From assembly GCA_965178125.1 (NCBI GenBank), contig OZ237741.1, positions 682,001 to 746,000 on the forward strand: 64,000 nucleotides of DNA, written 5' to 3'. The DNA comes from Bilabrum cf. latius (taxonomy: Eukaryota). Below are positions 53,601 to 64,000 of this stretch, one piece after another (position 1 is the stretch's first letter; each line of letters opens with the position of its first letter). The notes under the pieces were generated by a model that searched no databases, was not told the origin of the DNA, and saw nothing but the letters and a program-made list of their open reading frames with translations. A program made the translations under genes and the position numbers.

Positions 53601-56600
53601 GGAAAGCAGATGTCTCCAAGACAGAAGAGCTCCGCAGTGGCTTCATGACGCACCCTCTGATGACCACTGTGGTTATCCCAGTGCTCGGAGCCTGTTTGCG
53701 GTGGAGGCAGGTGTCTGGAAGCTCAGCGAGCTTGCTCGGGCGAACATTGCTGCGTCTCATGCGCCTCTCCGCTGACATTGAAAGCAAAGTATCCCACCAT
53801 GAAGATCAAGCGGCGCTGCAGCAGCTGGTCGACGTCGCAGATTCTCGGCGCTTGGCAGCCAAGGCTGCCCTGCTTGAGCAACCCCACGAACAGCTGCTCT
53901 AGCCTATCAAGGTTGGCACCAAGCTCCTGAATGAAGACGGGAAAAGCGTGCCTCGGTCATCGTAGATCCCATGGAAGGTTTATGCAAAGCTGCACGGGTG
54001 CTCTGCTTTGGGAGAGCTGCCTTGCGACTTTTCACTGCGGTAGTAGACAGACAGGGTCTTGCCCGCGAAGTCAGGCAACCTGTTGCGAATGGTGCGTCTG
54101 CTGGCATCCAGTGCAATTGGTCGCTTCGCAACGATTCTAGCGCAATACGGACAGCGGGAGCACGTCGAGCACTGCCTTTACGACAGATTCGAAGACTCTG
54201 CGTGGCTGCTGCTGGAGCCAGAAGCCGTTCGGGTTTCCTCCACGTCTCAGTCCAAGGCCGAGGCTGAGGACGGCCGATCGGAGGCCAAGAAGGCTAAGCT
54301 GGCAATCCGAAAGGAGCAAGAAAAGCTCGCATTCGCAGGCTTGGATTCGGAGCATGGTAGCCGCCCAGTTGACGAGGCAGACAGCTGGGCCAAGTCTGAG
54401 CTCTTCCGTGGCGGCGTGCGCAAAACTACCGGACATCACGTGGCGAGCTCTGGCGCCCATCACTTGCAGGCTGACGAGGCGAAGCGAGCCCTCTTTGACG
54501 AGGGGCGCTTGGTCGCCACGATACTTGCATCTACGGAGAAGAGCCAGGTTCGCGATGTGACAAGGCTATGGCTTGAGCGACACCTCATGGATGCCTTTAC
54601 TCGGCGCAAGATGGGTTCAACCATCAAGGCTTGTAGAAATGCAATCCACAGCGTTTTCGCTGCGGTTTTATATCACCTTGGCTGCTCGCATGAGCTAAAG
54701 CCGCTTCTGACTGCTGCTGAGGATGCCCTGAAAGCTGCAGATTCTACGGACGCTGCTGTCTCCCAGCTTGATTCTTTGCTATCCCCAAGCGAAACTCTGC
54801 AGAATGTGTGGGATTCATCTGTCGCACTGACGCTTGAATGGATTAAGGCAGCTTCCAATCGAGTCAAGTCTGCCGAGGAGCAGCTTGTGGTTGCGTCTCA
54901 GAACCGTAGAGACGCGGTGCGGGCATCCGTCGGAGCAGCCAGCTCTAGTTTGGAGTCCGAGAGCAAGACGGAGGAAGCTGCCGAAGGCAAAGAGACGGAG
55001 GATGAGGGAGGTCCAGCAGGATCGGCGAAAGGTGGGTCTGTTAGCGAATCGGCCCTTCCGCCCGTGTACGAGCCCAGGGGCTTCAACCGGTCGCTTGTAA
55101 GCAAGCGTATCGCTCAGCGGGCCTCCTTCTTGCTGCAGGCAGTGCTACCTGCATCACCCGAGGCACAACGCTGTGACCTAGTAGTATCAAAGGGACTTGC
55201 AAGCGACCAGGTAGCAGCCAGCAGTACGGCCACAGTCGAGACTCTGCGTGTTAGCATGGCACGAGCTGTGATCGCATTCACGGTCACTCCGCTTTCGCTC
55301 CCTCACCTGATAGATGCCCTGTATTGCGCTGCAATTGATGCCGAGCATCGCATCGATGGCATGAGCCTTGCTGCTGCTGTGCTGAATGGACTTGTAGCGA
55401 CACAGCTGCCAGATCTTGCTATGCCACGGGACACCAACAATGTGGCGCACGTGTTGCGGTGGATTCCCCAAGCGTTCAGATCTGTGCAGGACGCATTCCA
55501 AGTAAAGTTCTCATACTCCCAAGGCTCCAGTGCAGATTCCAAGGCTCGGGCATTGACTGGTGACCTGCAGAACTGTGGGTACAGCATCGAGAAGGGCCTG
55601 CGATCGGCCTTCTATGAATTGTAGCACGCTGTGGCGAAGGCGACGGAGTTCGTGGCTTCGTCTGCTAGCGCTCGAGCGAATGCGCGCTTGCTCGCCCTGC
55701 AGGACCGAGCGCCTCTGTCGTCTGCTCTTGTTATCCGCAAGGAAGCCTCTGGGCCTGCGTTCGATGCCCTCGTCGACTACGCCCGGCAGTCCACCTTCCA
55801 CGTCGATGAGATTTCCACACAGAGCCAGCTGAGTGCCTGCATTAACGCTGCTGCTTTTTCGCTGGAAACGCCCGAAGACTTCCTGCATGCAGAACGGTCA
55901 GGTGCTGTGGAAAGCATCGAGACAACCCTCAAGGCGCTCCGAGCGCAGGCCGCTAGCAGCAGTTATGCTCAGAAACTCATCGCTGCCGTTTGCAGCCCTG
56001 CCCTAGAGGAAAAGGCAGACGTAGCAACTGGAGATGATCGACGCAGTGCCGAAGTGCAATTTGCATAGAAGAGAATGCAGCAAGGGCTTGTCAATTTCTT
56101 CGTCTAGGTTCGGGAGATGGCAATTGAGGGCGTCATTCGATCTGCGGCTGACGTCGAACGCGGCGTGCTGCTATTCACGCAGCTGCAGGCGCTGCAAGGC
56201 TCAGCACTTGGCGGTAGGCTTGTGCAGGAGCGTAACCTTCATGAACAGGCCGTCCGAGATGCTGCAGGTTCCTTCCGCATCGCTGCAGCGACTCTGGGTG
56301 TCGTCAATCATCTTAGTATCGAACCCAGTACCTAGCAGGACACAGATGGCCTGGATGCCGCCCGCAGGCTCACTGCTGCTGCATTGGACATCGTGCGAAC
56401 CGAGCTGCAGCAGTTCCTTGCCGAGGAACGCCTCGCGCAACGGCGCGCCCGTTTAGAGTAGCGGCCTTGGCTGCTTTCTGCTGCTCTCAGTTCGATCAAA
56501 GAGGCCCTCGAGAAGATCAAGAAGAAAACCGCGAGCGGCGGTAGCGTTTCAGCTGCAGCTAAACTGGTTGAGACTGCGGCTGCCGCTGCTGATGTCGCAC

Positions 56601-59600
56601 AATCAACTGGGACTAGCGATATCATGTCCGAGGCCTTCGCCCTCGTCAAGGCAGCAGAGGCCACATACAGCTCCATGACGTCTGCAGCCGGCACAGCCGG
56701 CGAGGCAACGGAGGCGCTGTCCTTCTTGGAGCTCAGGAGGTCCAGCTCGGTGCACGCTGAGGCGGCTGCTGAGGGCGACGCTGCCAGTGCCAAAGCCAGA
56801 GCGAAGGCGAGGCTGGTGCTGGCCATCGAAGCCGATAGTTAGACAGCGGAGCTCGCTTCGAAGCTCTCCAAGGACCTCGATCTTAGTGCTCTGCGGCGCA
56901 AGGTGGAGAGCGAGGATAAGGTCGTGGAAGAAGCATCGTCGCTTCTGTTCCAGCTGGCCGCCAACAGGAGCAACGCGATGCAGCTGGCCACTCCTGACTG
57001 GCTCACGCTCCTGTTTGATCTCCTGCGCCGTGGCTCCTTGAGCGTGCAGCGGAAGACTGCGCGAGTACTGCGCAGGGTGCTTCCGTGCTGCGATCCCATG
57101 GACATCAGGGTGCAGCTAGAACCGCTTGATGACCAGTTTGGAGATCTTGGGAGCGCAGTTGCAGGCACTAGCGACAAATCCGAAGAGTCTGCGGGCCCAG
57201 CTGAGATTGTGCAGCTCCTGCTCGACCTAGTGCAGCTGTCAGTCGCACCGCTGACTAAGGTACGCGGTACTATGAGTGGCGAAGAGATCCCCACCCCACA
57301 GCGGGCACAACTGGGCAGCGAAGCGTCTGCAATCCTACGCTCTCTGATCGCGAGCAGGAGCTGGTCACCCCTTGTGGTTGAGTCGCTGCGTGACGGGATC
57401 CAGACTTGCAATGGAGAGGCCAGCAAAGTGGCTGAGGGCGCAATTGATGCCTTAATGACAGAGGGATTCCTTTCCGTACAAGGCCGTGCTCTTGCTTGCT
57501 TCACAGTAGTCACTGGTTGCGTAGAGAGGCTGCGCGCAGGCTCTTTAGTTCGCATGGGAGCGTGGCCGAACTTCATGAGCTCGGGTCATGGGCGCGTCAT
57601 CTCGTACCAGGAAAGCCGGGACACGGTCAGCCTTGCCAACTTCCAAGTCGACGGCGATTCCGAAGAGCGGGCCCGTGAGCGGCTCCGCAACCCCACGCAG
57701 AACGATGTGCCGGTCATGAGGCTGGTCCCCCTTCCGCAGCAGGGGCTCGCGAGAGATGCCATTCCGCTCGACCTGTGGCAAGCAGTTTTCGATGCTGCCG
57801 CCACGTTTGGCTTGCCCGACTTGGAGGCCGTCAAGGGGCTGGACCCTTCGCAATGGGAGTCCGGCGATGATTCGGACGAGGACTTGGAGAAGCTCATCCG
57901 GTCCATGAGCCTGCTCAGTCCCTCGCCCATTCCTCCACCTGGACAGCAGGTCATTAGCGGTGCGGTATCTGACTTTGATTCCAATTACGCATTTGATGCG
58001 GCTTTGAGCTCTAGCGGTGTTGAGATCACCGACGAGGGCAAGAGGGCAAGCTGCAGCAGTACCTATGCGTTCCTGATCAACGCGCCTCTGACGCCGGGAT
58101 GCGGCGTGTGGGAGTGGGTGCTAAAGCTCGATAATGACAACGAGAACGATGAGATCAGCACTCTGGGGATGATCACATCTCCACCCCCAGGCTCGTACGA
58201 TTCAAGTGGTGGCGGAACATACGTGATTCGGTCATTCAATGGGTGCTTCTACCAGGATGGAAGCAGCACATCGTCGCGCAATGAGTGCAAAATGCATCCA
58301 GGTTATTTCGCCAGGTTTGTCTACGATGGTGGAGACAGCTCATTGAGGTTCTGGCGTCGACCCGAGGAGCAGGGCTCAGACTGGCAGCCCCACAGCAACC
58401 CAAGCCCCGCCGATTTGGAGAAGGAGGGCTGGGAGGGCGGTGAGAGCGGTATTCTGCTATGCAAGGGAGTGCCCGACGGGCGCACATACTACCCTGGCGG
58501 CATGTCTTACTCGAGTGGTGTAGATGTGTCGATCCAACGCGTGCGGCGACTCGACTTCAATCCCCACATCGAGGCGTGCAAGCCAGGGGCTGCCAAGGTT
58601 TCGAGCGGGGAAGATAACGAGGCAACCAAGGACCGTTTCCCAAAGGCTCGCGCCGCTCTGAAGGAGCACCAGATTGCGATGGAGAAGGTCCCAGCGAGCG
58701 TGCGAGCTCTTCATGCTGAGTTGGCATCTTCGGCGGCGAGCGCGCTGGCCGACTCGCTGCAATCTGCAGCCGTGTGCCAAGCATTGCTTGATCCTGAAGG
58801 CGACAGCGGCTTGCGATCAGGGATTGCACGAGCAGCTGCACAGCTTGTGCCCAATTGTGGCGGACTGATCGACGAAGACCTTGCCACGAAGCGGCTGCAG
58901 CTGCTGGTAGACGCCTCGATCGAGCACGACCGCAAGCAGCAATTGGCTTCCCGAGCACGCGACCAGGCCATGGAGTTCTTGGCTGCCAAAGGCTTAAAAC
59001 TCTCCGACGAAGAGCAGGGTGGCAAGTCGAGCAAATCAGCTGCCTCTGCAGACACAAAGCCAAAGGAGACAGCAGCTGCAAGCGAGGCCATCATGAGCAG
59101 CACCCCGCAGAGTGACGCGGCCGCTGCAGCGATGGCGGCAGCACTGATGCCTTGGCGGAGCACCGGCGACTTCAGTCCTTCGTATCCTGACCCGGAAGAT
59201 GGCGAGCCCCTTCGCGCTGCCAGTCGGGCTGTTCCCAGGCAAGCGTCGAGCGGTCGGAAGTAGCGTAGCGGAAGGCTAGGCAGGGCGCAGAGACAGGATC
59301 CAGCCGATGCCGCGTTGGGCTCCGCCGCAGACGCCATGGGACTTCGGAGAGTTGGGGGCGGTTTACGGACGGGTAGAGAGGCCTCGGCAGACGACCGACT
59401 GGACTGGGGCTCACCGGGTGGTGCCGCGTCTGCTCGCCTGGATGGCGACAACGTGTTGCCTATGCCGGGGATCCCACCAACTCCGCAACCCTTCAGAATG
59501 GGTTCGCACGAGCGTTCTGCTGCACCTGCAGCTGCACCGGCAGCTCCTTCGCCTATCGTGGAGATGCTCATGGGAATGATGCCGGATGCCTCGCCCGGTT

Positions 59601-62600
59601 TCATCCAACGCTCGCTGGCCGAGACGGGTGGAAACCCGGATGCTGCGGCAATGTGGCTGATGGAGCACGCGCACGAGATGGCTCAGGCGGCCGAGGAGGA
59701 AGCCCGCGCCAAGGCGGAGGCAGAGGCAGCCGCGAAGGCCGCGGCACTAGCAGAGAAAGAGCAGGAGGAAGCCGCCAAGCGTGCTGCAGAAGAAAACCGT
59801 CGCCTTCTTGAAGAGGATGCTGCCGAGGAGGATGGTGACGATGCTGTTCAGGATGACGAGGACGGCAGCGGCGACAGCGCCGTTGCTGCACTTCTGCAGG
59901 TAGCTAGAGATACCGCTGGCGATGGCCCGGCCTTCCTACCCATCGTGGTTGCGGGCAGTGTCCGCCAAAACGAGATCGTCGTCGTGGAAGACTGCCTGGA
60001 GGAGGACTCTGGGTCGTCGTCGCAACCAGGCGATAGGTACTTCCCGTCGACTGACCCGGCTTGGAGCGGGAGGAGCTCTCGGTCCGAGCGCAGACGGGCG
60101 CGCCGGGGAGGCAGGAGCGGGTACGCCTAGGCGCGAGACGGCAACCTGTTCGACTCTGCGAACGACAGCACTTCGGATGCTGACACTGCCATCACAATTG
60201 AAGACCGTAGGCGGCTTCACCTAGCGGCCGCCCGCCGTGTGTTTGGCCAAGACAAGTGGTCTAGAGCCGTTCAGCATGTGTACTCCATGTCGTCCTCAAG
60301 ACTGCGCGGCGAGATCTCCAAGCAGGTTGCGGTGCTTGCCTGCCTCCGGGCCCGCAGGGCTTTCGTCACTTTGTGCGCAGCCGTGGCGCAGTAGCCTGTC
60401 GAGCACATCGGCAACGGAATCCGCCAGCTCGCAAACGCTATCGACTTGCCTGCGGTGGCGGTCACACCGCTCCTGCCGCGACTGCCGCGAGGCGGCGAGA
60501 CCGTTTCTGTACACGAGCTGCTGGGAATTTCTCCGAAGAAGAGCGAGTCCACATGTGGAGACCTCGCATTGACCAGCACCGACGTGTTCCTAGCCGCACT
60601 CCGGCACTGCGCGTGGAAGCCATACCAGCCGAGCTGGCTTGTGCCTGAGGAGGTGGCCACTGAATCTGCAGAGGCCGAGCCAGAGAGTGACCAGCACGAG
60701 ACCGGGGAACTACCACCTCCTGTGGCGCGGCGCCAGTCTTCGACGACGTCCTTCAGCGGAGTGCTGTCGATGCTGTCAAGCTCTCGGTCCGGCCTTTCGG
60801 GGAGCTCTGGTACGGGGGAGATCACCACGCTGCCCGGAGCCATGCGGATGATCCTCTAGAAGCTGCTACAGGCTGAGGCTGACGAAGCGCGGTCGAAAGC
60901 AGCAGGAAAGTCCCCGGTGCGTGCCGCATGCCTACGCGCCGCCCGGACCGCCCTTGCGCTAGCTTCCCATCGGTCAAGCGCGGCCGTGCTGGTGAGGTAG
61001 CAGCAGTCCGTCGAGACCTCCAGAATGTCGGGAGGGGACCACGCTATCACCCGATCCAGCGTGATCGGGGCAGTGCCGGAGGCTCAGGCAATCGACCACC
61101 CCGACGTCGACTTGGTGGAGCTGCTCACAGAAGTGGTTCTGGAAGCAGAAGGTGACGCGCTGTCACTGGGCTTGACCAGCCTGGACACCAAGGAGAAATC
61201 ACTGTCGCTAGATGAGTTTAAGCACGCGGAGCGGTCTGCGAGGGGCGTGTACACCGTGTGGGCGCTCGGCTTGCGGTCGCCCACGGCTACGCTGAAGGAG
61301 GTGTCCCTGCGTGCCTTGGGTGACGTTCTTGAACGGGTCAGAATGCTTTCCCTCCGATGTGTCGACGTGGATGGGGCTGTCGTCCCGTGGGAGCATTACC
61401 TTGCGCTGGTGCCTGCGAAGAGGATTGAATCGATGGTTGCCAGGCGGCTGGATCGCGAGCTTGAGGACTCGCCACGGTACAGCAGATACTTGCACGTGTT
61501 GGTGGAGTTTTCGTCGTTGCTTCGCTTCGTTCGCGAGAAGATCGCCGAGTCGCATAGGTCTGGCGGCTCGACAGAAGACGCGGTCGCAAAGCAGGCGCTG
61601 GTGGAATCTGACAACGCTGAGTTTGGCATTCGGTTCACCGGGCTTGACTCTGAAACGCGAGAGGAGATGCAGAAGGCTCATGCATCCAGCGCAGGAGCAA
61701 CTGAGGAATCCAAGGAACCAGAGTCTGGTGCTGGAGGTGCTGACAAGGATGACCAGGCGGATGTTCCTGTGATGCCTCATGAGGTGCAGCTGGTCAGGCT
61801 CGGAGGCAAGTCTGCTGTTCAGTGCCCTTGGACGATTGAAGTGTGGGTGCGATGCAGGGCCAAGCGTGGGCCGCTCGCGCGTCAGAAGGAGAAGTCAAGG
61901 TCAGTGAGCGCGGCAGCCGCAGGACCTGCCAGCGGTGCTGCAAGCCCGCCATCAGCGGAGCTTTCCTTGCTTGAGGACCCTTCCAGTGACGTTAGGGTGC
62001 CCAAGTGGCACCGCAATGCCATCGAGCAGGTTCATGGGTGGGGCGAGATGCTCGATAGCGAGAAGCAGCAGGAGCTGGAGCTGCATGAGTACGGCCTGGT
62101 GGCCGGTGTGCAACCCCGGCCTCTCGTGGAATCGAGCAGCCACGGTGCGTCCTCCCGTGGATTTGGCAAGTTTGCCGTTCGCCCAACGTCTGGAGCCGAC
62201 AAGTTCGAGCCTGCGCCATTCCGTCCAGCCGCTCGATAGAGCCAGATGCTGCAAGCAGCTGGGCTAGTGGGCGAAGACGGTGCTCTGCAGGCGAAAGATC
62301 AGCCCAGGTACCTTCTTGCCACTCCAAAGGGGGGAGGCATCCTGCTCGAGTGTGGTCTGGCAGCCGGTAGCGTCCTGCACCGACGGGCGGTTGGCCTGGT
62401 GGGCGAGGATGGCAAGAGCGTGGTACCTATCGACTACGAGTGCCCGGCCTACGACTGGGTGCACTTGGCGGTTGTCGCTGACGCAGATGCAAACGTCAGC
62501 ATCTACGCGAATGGGCAATTAGCCACGACGAAGAAGGTGCACTATCCTGCGGGATCGGCGCCGCTGCCTCACTGGACTCTTGGGTCCGAGCGCGGCGCGC

Positions 62601-64000
62601 CCTTGCGGGCGGACGTGTACGACCTCAGGATGTGGAGGTGTGCCAGGACTGCGGGCGAGATCCGGCGTGACATGATGAGCAAGGTGAACCTGATTTCGGT
62701 GCAGCCCATGCTGATCGGGTACTGGAAGCTGGAGGAGGGCTTCGGCAGGTATGCAGCAGACGCATCTGGCCAGCACCACGCGTGCTTCGTCAATGGCCCG
62801 CAGTGGATCAAGGTGAAGAAATCGATCGGACCCGGGCCCGCGCAATCGGCCGAATCGAGCGGCGAGTCTACGCCTGTCGTTGCAGCCGCCTCGGGTGCTG
62901 GGGCAACTCGAGAGCTGTAGACTGCCTTCGATGCCCTTCCTAGCGTGCCTGTGCTTTCTTGCGTTACTCATAAGTCCACCTTGCAGCTAGGTGACGTTGT
63001 GTCATCCTCGACTTGCGAGCCCGGGGCCGACTGGCGCGAGTTCTCGGGCTACCTGAGGGCCAAGGCGCAATCGGGCGAGGTTGGTGACACGTGGAAGAAG
63101 CCCTTGTCACAGGCTGTAAGTGTGCATTTCAGGCCGTGCGAGCCCGAGAAGGTGACTGAGGCCCTCGATGTGCTTGGCGAGACGGCCGCTCTGGTCGCCC
63201 GGAAGTAGGGCAAGCCTGCTGCCGAACAGGATTCTGCACGGGAACAGCAGGCTAAGCACCACCCAGGAACGGTGCTTCTGGTAGGATACTTGGACTTGCC
63301 AGAGTCGCTGGCCAGGGCAGAGCTAGTGGGTAGGGCGTATCTGAAGAAGGATCTCCCGGACTCGCTTCCGCAAGCTTGTGCCGATCAGTTCGAAGGAATT
63401 CAAGGCGATCCTAGGAGCGACCCAGCAGCAGCAGCCGCCATTGCAAGCTACTGGATGGAGTCCGACGTTGTTGGTGACGCGCTGCACACGACATCACCGA
63501 CTGGCGGGGCCGCATCATCATCGGGGCCCCAGCTGTACCTCGTTGCGTCCGGAGTGACCGCAGGCCCGCCCGATGTGCTGTCGTGGCTGTCCGGCCTTGA
63601 GTTCGAGGGGGAACATCGTAAGGTCAAGCAAGGCGAACCAGATATGGACATGAACAGCACAGAGGTGGACGGTAACGTGTTACGAGGACATTGGAAGGCT
63701 CATCTGGTAGAGCGAATCAAGGTCAGTGGCGAAGGCGATGCCGAGGTTGTCGACCCGAACAGCCAGCTGCGGTTCATCAAGGCCATGTCGCACCCCCGGT
63801 CTACCATCTCAGTGGATGGTCTGACTGCATCGCTGCACAAAGGCAACCCTGCCGATGAGTGGCGCATGGCAACACTGACTTGCTCCGCTGAACCAGACAT
63901 CTCGAAGCTGCAGGACGGAAAGGCACCCGCGAAGGTGGACTTTACTTAGGGCCGCGTGCTGGTCGATGTCACTTTCGCCAGTGGCAATCGTGGCGGTGCC
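44669..64000 (+). CDS. Giant multidomain protein (>6400 aa, runs off window) with SPRY, LamG-like and UBA-like domains; probably a HERC/HECT-type E3 ubiquitin ligase
   Basis: 26 track ORFs (44669 to 63272) are all in one frame and are interrupted only by TAG (about 43 by hand count); an in-frame TAA at 44660 precedes the ATG. SPRY: KWYFEVQ...QVGWAT...GVGDNYTSWGY...VDLDAGTISF...FFPAVS (about 46.0-46.6 kb). HERC1-type SPRYs at about 50.8-51.2 and 58.0-58.5 kb; another at about 52.5-53.2 kb. LamG-like: QWVHLAVQFD (48.1 kb), WVHLAVV...LRMW...LIGYWKLEEG (62.4-62.8 kb). UBA-like: RSLAETGGNPDAAAMWLMEH (59.6 kb). HECT domain not seen in window. Confidence 0.8.

Noticed and set aside
44669-64000. TAGs as 3' ends of tiny in-frame introns
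   Set aside because: No consistent upstream GT donors; the flanking sequence reads as continuous domain sequence, and tandem TAG-TAG occurs.

Overview
A compact, GC-rich, intron-poor stretch of a eukaryotic nuclear genome. It comes from a flagellated protist (it carries CFAP57); a stramenopile/bicosoecid-like lineage is only a guess. The supplied ORF track is fragmented because the organism does not use the standard code. All 14 protein-coding genes I can reconstruct contain in-frame TAG codons (about 118 by hand count), some inside conserved domains of essential enzymes. The 12 genes whose ends lie in the window finish on TGA (10) or TAA (2). The simplest reading is UAG = sense, most likely Gln, with UAA and UGA kept as stops, a rare decoupling of UAG from UAA. 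Read with this code, the window holds: an FG-GAP/integrin-alpha-repeat surface protein, SMC6, a coiled-coil protein, a WW-domain-fused mRNA cap N7-methyltransferase, a RanBD-galactokinase fusion, PPCS with a large poly-Ser-containing insertion, a two-AP2-domain protein with poly-GR tracts, CFAP57, a double Zn-ribbon ZNRD2/SSSCA1-like protein, a hidden two-exon G-protein gamma subunit, a hemerythrin-domain protein, a divergent kinesin, a two-TM protein, and a >19 kb single-frame giant SPRY/LamG/UBA gene. Two gene-free islands (about 4.8-8.5 kb and 18.6-21.4 kb) look like decayed mobile or foreign DNA. Family assignments come from motif recognition by eye; no database searches were run.
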